From an uncultured Gammaproteobacteria bacterium (lineage in GTDB: Bacteria; Pseudomonadota; Gammaproteobacteria; GCA-001735895), in assembly GCA_913061315.1 (NCBI GenBank), contig CAJXUC010000001.1:72197-136196 (forward strand): a stretch of DNA of 64,000 bases, given 5' to 3'. The notes under the pieces are model-generated. The model worked only from the letters and a program-made list of their open reading frames with translations, searched no databases and had not been told where the DNA came from. Made by a program: the position numbers and the translations under genes. Below are positions 1 through 10,782 of the stretch, piece by piece. The stretch's first letter is position 1; each line of letters starts with the position of its first letter.

Positions 1-165
1 CCTTATTACAAACCAACTCGAAACCAAGTCGATTTCGCCCCTGATTATTATTTGCATGAAACTGAGGCGTGGCTGAAATACCCGCATTCACTCGAAGGAC
101 TGAGCCTAGAAGAGATTGAAACGCATCGTCCAGAACTATTTGCCATTATCAAAGATCATGTTTAA
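1..165 (+). CDS. C-terminal end of an unidentified protein (partial, continues upstream of window)
   Basis: Open frame from position 1 to TAA at 163-165 (…DFAPDYYLHETEAWLKYPHSLEGLSLEEIETHRPELFAIIKDHV*); no family recognised. Confidence 0.35.
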   Translation, partial: PYYKPTRNQVDFAPDYYLHETEAWLKYPHSLEGLSLEEIETHRPELFAIIKDHV

Positions 166-323
166 GGCAGTTGAATGTATTAGATCAATTTAACAACATT
201 TAATTTAAGGGATATTGGCAAACTGTACTTTGAGACAATCTCATTCCTCAGGAAAAAGGTAAATATAGTGTCATAAAAATGCAAATAACGAATAATATCC
301 AATTCTTTTGGGTCTAAAATAAT

Positions 324-905
324 TCAATATCGATTTTTCAATAGAACATAATGTGCAGCAGACGTCACTAGATTTGTTTTTTCTGCTTCAGTCAGTGGGC
401 GTATTTTTTTTGCGGGGCTGCCATAATACAAAAACCCAGATTCAAGGCGTTTACCTGGTGGCACTAGTGAGCCAGCGCCAAGCATGACCTGATCTTCAAT
501 GACCGCATTATCCATAATGATTGAGCCCATACCAATTAAACATTGATTACCGACATGGCAGCCATGTAATAAAACTTTATGGCCAACCGTCACCTCATCA
601 CCTACATGTAATTCTGCACCGGCTGTCAACGGCAGCTTGATGTAAGAAACATGAAGAATTGAACCGTCTTGAATATTGGTATTATTACCAATGCGAATAA
701 TATTCACATCAGCACGGATTACCGTTAGTGGCCAGACGGAGCAATTTTCTCCAATCACAATGTCACCAATTAGGACGGCAGTATCATCAATGAAACTTGT
801 ATCACAAATGGTTGGGGCTTTGGCCTCAAAGTTACTTATCATATCGGTGCCTGACAGTTGGTTATTTGGTCGGTATAGTAGCGAAAAAATGAAAGCCTGA
901 GTCAC
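324..905 (-). CDS. yrdA: gamma-carbonic-anhydrase-like / hexapeptide-repeat (left-handed beta-helix) protein, YrdA family
   Basis: 193 aa. Near-collinear match to E. coli YrdA by recall (…VIGDV.IG…SVWPL.VIRADVN.I.IG..TNIQDGS.LHV…VTVGHKV.LHGC.VGN..L.GMGSI..D.AVIED.VM.GAGSLVP..KRLESG.LY.GSP.K.IRPL…). Confidence 0.85.
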   Translation of the reverse strand: MTQAFIFSLLYRPNNQLSGTDMISNFEAKAPTICDTSFIDDTAVLIGDIVIGENCSVWPLTVIRADVNIIRIGNNTNIQDGSILHVSYIKLPLTAGAELHVGDEVTVGHKVLLHGCHVGNQCLIGMGSIIMDNAVIEDQVMLGAGSLVPPGKRLESGFLYYGSPAKKIRPLTEAEKTNLVTSAAHYVLLKNRY

Positions 906-922
906 TAATTAATACCATTGGA

Positions 923-1792
923 ATGAAAGTAAAAATATTAACCAAACTGCGACTTTATTCTGAGTTGATACGTCTTGAAAAGCCCATTGGTATTTATTTG
1001 CTATTGTGGCCGACGCTATGGGCTTTGACCATCGCTGGTGAAGGTTCTCCAGATGGTTGGATACTGTTTGTTTTTATTTCTGGAGTGTTTTTAATGCGGT
1101 CAGCAGGCTGTGCCATAAATGATTATGCCGACCGCAAAATTGATCTGTATGTAGAACGAACTAAAAATAGGCCGTTGACCAGTGGCAGGATGACGTCTAA
1201 CGAAGCTCTATGGGTATTTGGTGTGCTTTGCTTAATTGCATTCGCACTTGTTCTCAGTCTTAATGCATTCACCATTGCACTATCCATTGGCGGGGTATTG
1301 CTCACCGCCAGCTATCCTTTCATGAAACGGTATCATTACCTGCCGCAAGTTCATCTAGGTGCTGCGTTTGGCTGGGCTGTACCAATGGCCTTCGCGGCGC
1401 AAATTGAAGCCGTGCCCAAACAGGGATGGTTACTTTATGTTGCAACAATAGTTTGGACCACTGCTTATGACACAATGTATGGCATGGCTGACCGCGAAGA
1501 AGATTTAAAGCTCGGGATGAAATCAACCGCTATTTTATTTGGTGAATATGACCGTGCAATTATTGGCTTATTACAAGGCCTGTTTATCCTGACGCTGTGG
1601 CTAGTGGGGATTGACCTGGAATTCTCATCCATTTATTTTTATGCGTTATTACTGGCCGCTACTTTTTTAGCTTACGAGCAGTTGTTGATTGTCTATCGAG
1701 TCCCAGAATATTGCTTTAATGCTTTTTTGCATAACCATTGGGTAGGAGCCATTGTATTTTTTGGAATTATTGGACACTACTACTGGACTTAA
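923..1792 (+). CDS. ubiA: 4-hydroxybenzoate octaprenyltransferase (UbiA prenyltransferase family)
   Basis: 289 aa polytopic membrane protein with the UbiA Asp-rich motif NDYADRKID and a second D-rich region (YDTMYGMADREED). Confidence 0.9.
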   Translation: MKVKILTKLRLYSELIRLEKPIGIYLLLWPTLWALTIAGEGSPDGWILFVFISGVFLMRSAGCAINDYADRKIDLYVERTKNRPLTSGRMTSNEALWVFGVLCLIAFALVLSLNAFTIALSIGGVLLTASYPFMKRYHYLPQVHLGAAFGWAVPMAFAAQIEAVPKQGWLLYVATIVWTTAYDTMYGMADREEDLKLGMKSTAILFGEYDRAIIGLLQGLFILTLWLVGIDLEFSSIYFYALLLAATFLAYEQLLIVYRVPEYCFNAFLHNHWVGAIVFFGIIGHYYWT

Positions 1793-1804
1793 TACGAACA
1801 AATT

Positions 1805-2704
1805 TTAACGTTTTAATGCAGCGGGCTTATTACGCCGTTGATGCTTGATTTCTCGTAATGATATATAGATACCACTCGCACAAATAATCGCAATGCCAAG
1901 CCAGACGATGGCGGTAGGCAGGTAATCAAAAAACACATAACTAAGCATGGTTGCGACGATTATCTCAGTATAGTTAAAGGGTGCGACAAGTGATGCTGGG
2001 GCGTATTGGCAGGATAAAATTACCAAAAAGTGGCCAGTAGCAGCAATCAACCCAATGGATGCAAATAACAAAATGGCTTCGCTATCTGCTGGTACCCAAA
2101 TCATTGGCACCCAGGGTGTTATTGCCACAGTGCCAACAACAGCCGTATAAAAAAGTGTCATCAACGGACTGCTACTGGTTGAAACCTTCCTTGTAACCAA
2201 AATATAGAGAGCATAACTTAGGCCTGCTATTAAAGCGTATAACAGGCTAGGCTGAAATTCTGTGCTATTGGGTTGTAATACGATCAGGACACCAACAAAC
2301 CCAAATAATGTAGCCAGTAAACGCTTCAGTCCAAACTTTTCACCGAGAAAGAAAGGAGAGAGTAGGGTCACGATTAAGGGTGATACAAACAGCAGGGCTA
2401 ATGCATTCGGAATTGGGTTAGTTTTGATGCTCAAAAAGAAAAAGAATGTTGATGATAGAAGGCAGAGACCCCGAAAAATTTGAATCCATGGATGCTTAGG
2501 CATTACCCACCACTTTTCCTTTCGCCAAATTAAAATTGGGATGAGCCAAATCACATTAAATATAAACCTGCCCCAGGTAATTTGGAGCACAGGGTATTGG
2601 GCCGCTAACATTTTGGCAAAGATATCCAATAATGGAATGACCATCATGCCTAGAATCATCAAAAAAATGCCGAGCATTGGGCGATCATGATTTGGTTGAT
2701 TCAT
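1805..2704 (-). CDS. DMT-superfamily (EamA-like) transporter
   Basis: 299 aa with ~10 predicted TM segments and a duplicated EamA-like architecture; convergent with ubiA. Confidence 0.75.
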   Translation of the reverse strand: MNQPNHDRPMLGIFLMILGMMVIPLLDIFAKMLAAQYPVLQITWGRFIFNVIWLIPILIWRKEKWWVMPKHPWIQIFRGLCLLSSTFFFFLSIKTNPIPNALALLFVSPLIVTLLSPFFLGEKFGLKRLLATLFGFVGVLIVLQPNSTEFQPSLLYALIAGLSYALYILVTRKVSTSSSPLMTLFYTAVVGTVAITPWVPMIWVPADSEAILLFASIGLIAATGHFLVILSCQYAPASLVAPFNYTEIIVATMLSYVFFDYLPTAIVWLGIAIICASGIYISLREIKHQRRNKPAALKR

Positions 2705-2752
2705 TACTAATCAGCTATTAACAGCAAGGTAGTTCGACTAAGCGTCCGTTTG

Positions 2753-3520
2753 TTACTTACCTAAACACTTTTGGTAAGCTCGAATTGCATTGGTTAAACC
2801 CATTTCAATGGCGTCGACTGTCATGGCATGCCCAATAGACACTTCAAGCAATTGCGGCAAAGTGGCAAAATGAGTCAGATTATTTAGGTTTAAATCGTGC
2901 CCTGCATTTAAACCAATATTAAGATCAAAAGCCTTTTCAGCTGCCCGATAAAATTGCTCGAATACGGCATCAACATTGTCATTCAAGTCATAGGCTTTCG
3001 CATAGGGTCCGGTATAAAGTTCAATACGATCAGTACCCATTTGTTTCGCCAGTTCGATTTGAACCAGATCTGGGTCCATAAACAAGCTCACCCGAGTTCC
3101 TATGCCCTGAAGTGCCTCAATAATTGGCTTCAAACGATCGCCGTCAACCGTCAAGTCAAAGCCGTGATCTGATGTTAACTGTGAATTATTGTCAGGTACT
3201 AGCGTGCATTGAGCGGGCTTAATTTCTTTTACCAATTCAATAAACCCAGGGTAATCGGTCACACCAGGTCGATCACTTTTCATTGGTGCAGCGAAAGGAT
3301 TGCCTTCCATATTGAATTCAACATCGAGCATTGCAGCCAAATCAAAACAATCGCTGACGCGAATATGACGTTGGTCAGGTCTAGGATGAACAGTTATGCC
3401 ATCGGCACCCGAGTCGATGCAAACTTTGGCGTGATGCGTCACGCTCGGATACTCGGTATCACGAGAATTACGTATCAAAGCAATTTTATTTAGATTAATG
3501 CTAAGGGCTGTTTGAGTCAT
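2753..3520 (-). CDS. pdxJ: pyridoxine 5'-phosphate synthase
   Basis: 255 aa with PdxJ hallmarks: LSINLNKIALIRNSR…GADGITVHPRPDQRHI…NAGHDLNLNNL…NIGHAM. Collinear with E. coli PdxJ by recall. Confidence 0.92.
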   Translation of the reverse strand: MTQTALSINLNKIALIRNSRDTEYPSVTHHAKVCIDSGADGITVHPRPDQRHIRVSDCFDLAAMLDVEFNMEGNPFAAPMKSDRPGVTDYPGFIELVKEIKPAQCTLVPDNNSQLTSDHGFDLTVDGDRLKPIIEALQGIGTRVSLFMDPDLVQIELAKQMGTDRIELYTGPYAKAYDLNDNVDAVFEQFYRAAEKAFDLNIGLNAGHDLNLNNLTHFATLPQLLEVSIGHAMTVDAIEMGLTNAIRAYQKCLGK

Positions 3521-3978
3521 TAGTTTATGCTCGCTAAATCAAATGATGGATGACGACTAAAGCTTGTTATGTATTGGACTGGTTTAATAACGCTCATGTT
3601 ACTGCGGTTTTGATCTTGCATCCATTAGTTACGCACTATCGAATGCCAGAGATTCGCCTTATTAAAATCATTTCATTAGATGTTGTTATAAGGGCTACTC
3701 GAAGAGTTGAAAAGCTGGCAATTAATAGAGCTGTTATTGATGAATATAAAATAACTTTTTGAAGATGGTCAATAAAAATTGTTATAAGTTGTTATAGGTT
3801 TTAGCTTTTAGAAAATATGGTATTACCTATACCCTATTCAGTCCAAATGAGGCACTTGGTAACGGCTTCTTTTGTAAATCTATTACCAACGACAATAATT
3901 TTAACGAATAAAACGAATTGACTAAAGCCTAGATATTGAACATTGGTTGGGTGCTTTGAATCTCGCTAGGTAATTATG

Positions 3979-6900
3979 TTACTTAGTCACAATTAGTTCA
4001 GGCACCCGCCAAGCATCATAAGTCTTCCATTTTGAGATCCATTCAGGAATATCAGCAGATGGCATAGGCCGAGCGATGCAATAACCCTGAGCTAACTTAC
4101 AGCCCAGTTTAAGCAGTGCCTCTCCATGGGCAATGGTTTCTACACCTTCGGCAATCACTTCACGTTGAAATGTCTTAGCTAATCCAATTACCCCTTCCAC
4201 AATCGCTAAATCTTCAGCATCTTCTAACATGTTAAGCACAAAACTCTGGTCGATTTTAATTAAGTAAGCTGGCAGGCGTCTGAGATGAGTGAGTGACGAG
4301 TACCCTGTACCAAAGTCATCTAAGGCAAAACGTATGCCTAACTCATGACAGGTATTCATGGTGTTAAACACTTGGCTAATGTCACTTAATTCGCTGGTTT
4401 CAAGTATTTCTAGTTCTAAATAAGTTGGACTAACATCTGGATAAACTGCCAGCAAGATTGCTAAACGAGAGGGGAAGTTATCTTGTTGTAATTGATAAGC
4501 ACTAATGTTGACACTAATCGCCAACCTTATACCCATGCGATGCCATTGACTTAATTGCTTTAATGCGTTGATTATAACCCATTCACCTACTTCTAGACTA
4601 ATGACATGACCCTCTATTATAGTCAAGAAATCTAAAGGTGGAATCAAACCACGGTCAGGATGCTGCCAACGAATTAGCGCTTCTACACCCATTACTTCAC
4701 TCGTGTTCATGTTCACCTTGGGTTGATAGTGCAGAAAAAATTCATTCAGTTCTAAAGCTGAATGAATATCATCTAATTCCGCTCTTTGAATCTCGATTGC
4801 ATTATTGTGTTCGGTATCAAATAAGTGATAACGATTCTTACCCCCTTGTTTAGCGAGATACATGGCTTGATCAGCGCGTCGCATGAGCTGATCTGGCTCC
4901 ACACCGTCCTGTGGGTATAGGGTGACACCAATACTGGCTGAAACTTGCATCACGTCATCATCCAGGGTAACTGCTTCAGAAGCGGCCATAAGTAGCCGTT
5001 CTAGTACAGGCTTACTCTCTTCAATGTTGTCTAAATCAACTATGACAGCAATAAACTCGTCACCCCCAATGCGGGCCAGCGTATCTCCTTCGCGCAGCGC
5101 CTCTTTCATACGATGTGATAATCTAATAAGTAGTTCATCCCCCACGTTATGGCCATAAGTATCATTAACCTCTTTGAAACTATCGAGATCAAGGAATGCG
5201 ACCGCTAAAGATTGTTTGCGACGATGGCATTGCATTATGGCTTGGCTTATTCGATCTGCGAGTAAGACACGGTTAGGCAGGTTAGTGAGTAAGTCATAAT
5301 GGGCATTGTGTTCGAGCTTTTTTTCAGTGTGTTTACGCTCAGTAATGTCAGTATGAATGCCGATCATTCTTAAGGGCTGCTGTGACGAACTCCATTCGGT
5401 AATTTCACCTAAAGTATTGAACCAGAGCCAGCCGCCTCCTTTCTTACTTCGTCGGTATTCGCTAGAAAATTCAATGCCGTGACTCAGGCAGGTCTGAAAA
5501 GAAGTCATTACGGCATCGTGATCATCTGGATGTAGGCTATCCTCCCAGCCCTGTAAGTCACCATGGAAGTTGACAGGGTTATAACCCAGCTGTTTAGCAT
5601 ACTCTGAACTGGTCAATGCCACCCCTGTTTGGATATTTAAGTCAAACCAAGCTTGCTTCGTGACAGCCAACGCAAGACGTAAACGGTTTTCACTAAACTT
5701 CAGTATTGATTCAGATTGTTTTTTTTCAATGGCAATGCTGGCTAGGTCAGCTGCTTGTTCAAGCGCAGAAATATTAGCGTTTGTCGGGGAATATACTTTG
5801 TGACAATAGATGCCAAAGGTGCCCAACAATTTACCGTTTGTGGCGAAGATTGGTTCTGACCAGCACGATACTAGTTTTGCTTTACTGGCCAGTTCCTTAA
5901 AGTTAGTCCAATAAGGATGGGACTGAATATCCTCAACAATGACGCGCTTATTAATAAAAGCGGCTGTTCCGCAGGAGCCAGCACCCATACTAATTTCTAT
6001 GCCATCAATCGCATCTCTATAAAACTCAGGAAGGCTTGGTGCAGCGCTAACCAATAAATTTTCCCCAAAATCATCTACTAATAAGATGCTACATAGCAAA
6101 GCTGGATTTTCTTCCTCAATGACTCGCACAATGGCTTCCGTTATGACTGCCAAGGTTACGTCACTTGCGATTAGCTCTAAAATATGGGTGCGAGACTTCC
6201 CCCATGATAAGACTTGATTACGCTCTGTAATATCCTGAGCCGTTCCGAATGACTGTGATGGTGTACCATTACTGTTAAACATAAACTCATGACGGGTATG
6301 AAGGTGGCGAGTATCGCCTGAAGGGCTGATAATTCGGTATTCAAGGTTTACCTTGTTGGTTAACCTTTCAGGGTCATTTTTGCTTTGTTTGAAATATTCT
6401 TTATCGTCAGGGTGAACTAAATTGATGACAGCTTCTGAGCTAGTGAAATAATCCAGTGCCTCAGGCACGGTCATGCTAAATAATAGTGCAAACTGAGTAG
6501 AGCAGGCAATTAATCTGTCTTCGACTAAATCCCAGCTCCAGTGGCCCATGTTCCCCATGGATTCTGCCTGACTAAATAATATGTTGCTTTTGCGCAAACT
6601 TTCTTTCGTTAATAAATTCGCAGTGATGTCAGTGGATATTGCACCTAGGCCATGGACATCGCCATCAGCGTTGAATATGGGGAACTTTACTGTTTGTAGT
6701 TTGCGTGGTTGGATATCAATATCAAATTCAATTGTTTGTTCACGTAATTCAGTTTTCCCAGAAGTTAGAACAGATAAATCATGCTCTCGCGAAGAAGCAG
6801 ATAGTTTGGGAGAAAAAATATTATCTGGGAGCAATCCCACTAGGTCATTACTTTTAACGCCACAATTTTTTTCAAATTGTTTATTGACCTTTACATAGCG

Positions 6901-7065
6901 GCCTTCTTTGTCCTTCAAATAAACTTCTAAAGGTGCATTTTCCAATATAGCATCGAGTCGCTGCTTGTGTATTAAGAGGTCATTTTTGGCTTTAGTGAGG
7001 CTATAAAGTTCTTTACGAAGGCGTTCATTTTCCAAAAGCAAGGCGGAAGAGGTCTTCTCATTCAT
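3979..7065 (-). CDS. c-di-GMP signalling protein: coiled-coil / PAS-GAF-PAS / GGDEF / EAL multidomain
   Basis: 1028 aa. Intact GGDEF motif (RIGGDEFIAV) followed by an EAL domain (EALIRWQHP…, DDFGTGYSSL…, QGY). A central GAF-like segment (GSCGTAAF…VIVEDIQSHP) and N-terminal PAS/PAC repeats. Confidence 0.9.
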   Translation of the reverse strand: MNEKTSSALLLENERLRKELYSLTKAKNDLLIHKQRLDAILENAPLEVYLKDKEGRYVKVNKQFEKNCGVKSNDLVGLLPDNIFSPKLSASSREHDLSVLTSGKTELREQTIEFDIDIQPRKLQTVKFPIFNADGDVHGLGAISTDITANLLTKESLRKSNILFSQAESMGNMGHWSWDLVEDRLIACSTQFALLFSMTVPEALDYFTSSEAVINLVHPDDKEYFKQSKNDPERLTNKVNLEYRIISPSGDTRHLHTRHEFMFNSNGTPSQSFGTAQDITERNQVLSWGKSRTHILELIASDVTLAVITEAIVRVIEEENPALLCSILLVDDFGENLLVSAAPSLPEFYRDAIDGIEISMGAGSCGTAAFINKRVIVEDIQSHPYWTNFKELASKAKLVSCWSEPIFATNGKLLGTFGIYCHKVYSPTNANISALEQAADLASIAIEKKQSESILKFSENRLRLALAVTKQAWFDLNIQTGVALTSSEYAKQLGYNPVNFHGDLQGWEDSLHPDDHDAVMTSFQTCLSHGIEFSSEYRRSKKGGGWLWFNTLGEITEWSSSQQPLRMIGIHTDITERKHTEKKLEHNAHYDLLTNLPNRVLLADRISQAIMQCHRRKQSLAVAFLDLDSFKEVNDTYGHNVGDELLIRLSHRMKEALREGDTLARIGGDEFIAVIVDLDNIEESKPVLERLLMAASEAVTLDDDVMQVSASIGVTLYPQDGVEPDQLMRRADQAMYLAKQGGKNRYHLFDTEHNNAIEIQRAELDDIHSALELNEFFLHYQPKVNMNTSEVMGVEALIRWQHPDRGLIPPLDFLTIIEGHVISLEVGEWVIINALKQLSQWHRMGIRLAISVNISAYQLQQDNFPSRLAILLAVYPDVSPTYLELEILETSELSDISQVFNTMNTCHELGIRFALDDFGTGYSSLTHLRRLPAYLIKIDQSFVLNMLEDAEDLAIVEGVIGLAKTFQREVIAEGVETIAHGEALLKLGCKLAQGYCIARPMPSADIPEWISKWKTYDAWRVPELIVTK

Positions 7066-7842
7066 TTAGACGACACCCGATGCCACTTGTCAGTGTTAAT
7101 TGGAATTTGATCATTACCTAAGCTTAGTAGAGGATAAAATTAATGCCAATGGGAATAAATCACTAGGTGGTTACGGTAATTGGATGCAGTGGTTTTTTTA
7201 GCTGAACTTTCAATGAGTTAGATTTCTAACCCTCAATTAAGATTTCTTAAAAAGTAAATTATTAGTTAAATGAAATTTAAAAAGATTAATAAAAAGTAAT
7301 AATTGTATCCGCCAATTAAAATCACTCAACAAGCCTAAGAAAGACTGCTAAAAAATCAAGCCTTCTATATTAAGACGCTGTAATGGAAAGCGGTGTTATA
7401 GAATCACAGATATGCTCAAAACTATTAGTTGCTTTATCACAATATGCCTTGTTTGGAGGTAGTCATGGGTTAGTCTGGGTGCGTTGTGCCACTCAGCATG
7501 GAAATTAAAAAAATTAAGTTTTCTATACAGAGTTTGGCATCATCTTGAGAAGATCTAAAGCCAGCTTGCTAAGGTGAGAAGAAGTGGCGACAGACTGTAT
7601 TTGAGTTAGCCTGTTGATATTGAATGTTGGTATCAATTGAAAGATTTCTGGATACCTCAACCATGGTGTTTATAAACCTCTGAACTTCAAGATCAATTCC
7701 AAAATAGTTCATTAAACTTTAAATATTAGAGTGAATTTTTATTGTTTAATGAGGTATGAAATCGTTTTGAGTATTATAAAAACCCTAATTAAATTAGAAA
7801 TAGGGGCGCAATAAACAACAGTAACATGATAAGTTTACAATA

Positions 7843-8670
7843 TCAGCTATCGTAAAGTGCACTCATTGATGCGGCTGCTCGTTTGAGTGATGGGAGATAC
7901 TGTCTAAGTAAAGCCAGAGATTTTCTAATAGTGGGGGCATGCATTGCAACAGTGAAACAGATTTCGTTTTTGGCATTAAATACGGGCACAGCGAGTGCAA
8001 CCATGCCCGGCAAAAATTCTTCATCATCGATGCCGATACCATCTCGTTTAATCAGTTTTAACTCAGTCTCAAGTTTAACCGGATCTGTTATTGATCGTTC
8101 GGTATATTGTTTCAGTGGTGCTGCGCAGATTAGTTTTTTACGCTGATTTGATGGCATGTGGGCAAGAAATAGTTTGCCGCTGGCGGTACAGTGTAAGGGT
8201 AGGTGAGAGCCAATTTTTAAATCAATTCGATAAGGCCAGTCACCTTCAACACGATCAAAATAAATCGTATGGTCGCCATCTAGCATAGCGCAATTGCAAG
8301 TTTCTTCTATTTCTTCAGACAAGGCCCTCAAGATGGCATGACGAGGTGCAGTTGACGCTCGATTTGTCAGAACGTCAAAACTGACATTTTTAAGTTTTGG
8401 ACCGATGGTTAAACGCTTGTTATTGGGTTCATACTGCAAATAACCTGCCTCTTCTAATTGTGAAGTTATCCGATGAACGGTTGGTTTAGGAATATCTAAT
8501 TCCTCGAGTAGGTCCGAGACTGTTTGCGCACGGGATGATGCGGCTACTTTTTCTAAAATTAACAGGCCTCTTAATAACGGCGAATTATTTTTACCACCTG
8601 AATTATTTTCTGACATTGAAAAACCTATCTTAGAATAAACACCTTTTAAAAAAGTCAAAGGTGTTGCCAT
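7843..8670 (-). CDS. IclR-family transcriptional regulator
   Basis: N-terminal wHTH (SDLLEELDIPKPTVHRITSQLEEAGYL) plus C-terminal IclR effector domain. The true start may be the internal Met at 8616 (MSENN…), which has a weak AGG upstream. Confidence 0.8.
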   Translation of the reverse strand: MATPLTFLKGVYSKIGFSMSENNSGGKNNSPLLRGLLILEKVAASSRAQTVSDLLEELDIPKPTVHRITSQLEEAGYLQYEPNNKRLTIGPKLKNVSFDVLTNRASTAPRHAILRALSEEIEETCNCAMLDGDHTIYFDRVEGDWPYRIDLKIGSHLPLHCTASGKLFLAHMPSNQRKKLICAAPLKQYTERSITDPVKLETELKLIKRDGIGIDDEEFLPGMVALAVPVFNAKNEICFTVAMHAPTIRKSLALLRQYLPSLKRAAASMSALYDS

Positions 8671-8689
8671 TGTTTATATCAACACTGTA

Positions 8690-9743
8690 GGAATTTTTTT
8701 CCCCTTGGTGTGTCTCTTGTTTACAGATAACTATAACCCCAAAACAGCACGAGGTAGGTCGACAATGGAGGCCAAAAGCTTCTAGCACTCAGTCCGCCAT
8801 TAAGGAAAAGAGATAAGGTAACACATGCCTTACGATCTGAAAATATGAGATGTTATAAATGTCACTTGCAACATATGGGCTGAAACCATAGGTTGAGGTT
8901 ATAAAAGCTATCGCATTATCCACCAGAAAAAACCGCAAAGTTAATGGGGTCTACGCCAACAGTATAGGCCATGGACTCTAATATAGGGGTTAAAATTATA
9001 GTGATTGGGAGGCTTTCTAACACTGCACCTGCTTAATGCCAACAGCATACAGGTAATGATGATAAGCATTGGCTCACCTAATGATGAGGTTACATCGTCC
9101 AAAAAAACCAAGTTCCTAGCTCCCAGTAATGAGAGTATCAGTTGCATGACGATAGAAACAGCAACTAATGGTGCTAAAATGTTAGTGATTTGACCTCATT
9201 GCATGAGTATATTAAGCATGCCGCCAATAAATAATTCACTTATCTGATGTTTGGCAAAAAAACATAGAAAATAAAATGATAATGCTAACCATACCACTAG
9301 TTGCTGCTGCAAACTTTTTTATCATAACCACCCTCAACTAGTTGAGGATGCATGATCAAAATAATAGTTGTGGAAGTATCGGAGTTTGACTCAGATATAG
9401 CCGCGAAGATACCTCAGGCTGATACCAATGCCATCCTCAGCCCACCATGAGCAGAAACCAAGCATGGAATAAGCAAAGTCAGAGAGAGGTATTGCAATAC
9501 TGGCGGCATTGATTAAATCACCCGTCATAATAAATAACGGCAATACCAGCAGATCCAAAAACTTAAACCTTCAAATAAAGTTGAGCCAATATTAGCCAGC
9601 ATAAAGTCGATCATTCGACTGATACAAGCGACCCAGAAGCCAAGCAACAAAAAATATAGCCAAACCAAAGATAAACAGGGCCGTGACACCGAGTCAATTA
9701 GAGTGTAATTTAAAAAACTGTTCCTGAATTGTTCCCAGCCCAT
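8690..9743 (-). pseudogene. eroded TRAP transporter large permease (dctM-like), multiple frameshifts
   Basis: Minus-strand translations give a DctM N-terminus (…LLLGFWVACISRMIDFMLANIGSTLFEG…). A fragment PLFIMTGDLINAASIAIPLSDFAYSMLG then shifts frame to HGGLRMALVSA; cf. DctM PFFILAGEIMNAGGIS…LVGH.RGGL…VVAS. In-frame stops and frame changes throughout; no intact ORF over 70 codons. Confidence 0.6.
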
Positions 9744-10000
9744 TCAATAGTGCTTGCATGATAACCGCTTCGCCACACTGACATCGTTGAATATCCTGTA
9801 ACAAACGCTGTATGGCGTGAACGATAATTAGACTCCAGACCACTGGCACCAGATTAAAATGAATTAGGTACATTGCGATACGACTTTACTGAGTTCCAGT
9901 AAAGCTGATTTTCATGCCTGCCAGTTGGTCAATCAATGTAGCCCTTTGCTTGTCTTTCTACTTAAGACCTAATTTCAAACCACGTGATTCACAATAATAA
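9705..10000 (-). pseudogene. remnant of TRAP small permease (dctQ-like), overlapping the dctM remnant start
   Basis: Hydrophobic 59-aa fragment (MYLIHFNLVPVVWSLIIVHAIQRLLQ…) ends with an overlap onto the dctM-like ATG, the usual dctQ/dctM junction geometry. Family assignment rests on position only. Confidence 0.3.
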
Positions 10001-10099
10001 TTATAGGTCATAACGTTTTTTCAATGGTTCCCGCAGCAGCGCTTCACTTTTATGGCTATTCAGGAAATGATATTGAGCTGCACGAGATAGAAGCATATA

Positions 10100-10430
10100 G
10101 GCCTAGTTGAGCACGTTTAAATAAGGGGCGCTGAACGCCTAGTTTTGAATCGAGGCAGAAAAAATATCGACAATGCCCTGCTGTGTTTTCTTAACTGAGC
10201 TGGTTTGACCACAAAAAATTGAGTGACTACCAATAATTTCAACTCGTATTTCACCATTCGTAGGGTCTTCCAAATTTTTAGCAAAAAATAATCCACCCTA
10301 TTTTTGAATATCAAGATTGGTTTCATTCAATCTCGAAGCGCCAAACTTCAATTAGAAATTTGGCCCCATAGCATAGCGTTTTTTGCGTTTCAGAATCACA
10401 GTGAGACTCTCCGTTCGGATTTTTGGACAT
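10100..10430 (-). pseudogene. remnant of TRAP DctP-family substrate-binding protein
   Basis: Minus-strand fragment TNGEIRVEIIGSHSIFCGQTSSVKKTQQGIVDIFSASIQN* resembles the DctP N-terminal region (…nGkikvevfp.gqLG.d.e.leal.lGtvDi…). It is truncated by stops; most of the roughly 1-kb gene is missing. Confidence 0.5.
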
Positions 10431-10782
10431 TGATTCTTTCCCTCAATTTAATTTAATGATCGTACAATGTCATTTGTGCCGTTTTCACCTTTTTATAAGA
10501 AGGTAAAGGCAAGGGTTGCCTCTCTACTATTACGTCGAATTTTCACATTTAGACCCACTCAGAAATTGATGCAGATCTATTTTGTTGATACCATGCGTCT
10601 CAGTTTTATACAAAATATAACTTTGAACCTTATATTATTGTTTGAAAACTAATATGTTTGATTAAATTTAACAGTGCGGTGTAACGAATATAGCAACGAC
10701 AAGAGAATCATCTATTTGCCATGGCTGGTTGTTTCGTAACCCAGGCATTGAATAAAGAGAGCATCTAAGAACGAGCACATAA

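Noticed and set aside
676-900. 74-aa plus-strand ORF inside the yrdA-like gene, along with many similar 60-110-aa ORFs antisense to or out-of-frame within large genes (for example 1123-1305, 2262-2483, 2954-3493, 4638-5158, 6581-6898, 15053-15639, 16259-17314, 19311-20021, 22772-23367, 24064-24384, 27621-28186, 28617-29312, 30732-31650, 36196-36866, 37475-38101, 39544-40031, 40310-40849)
   Set aside because: They lie wholly within stronger, family-identifiable CDSs on the other strand or frame. They have biased, low-complexity composition (Ser/Arg/Pro-rich) typical of shadow ORFs and no start signals.
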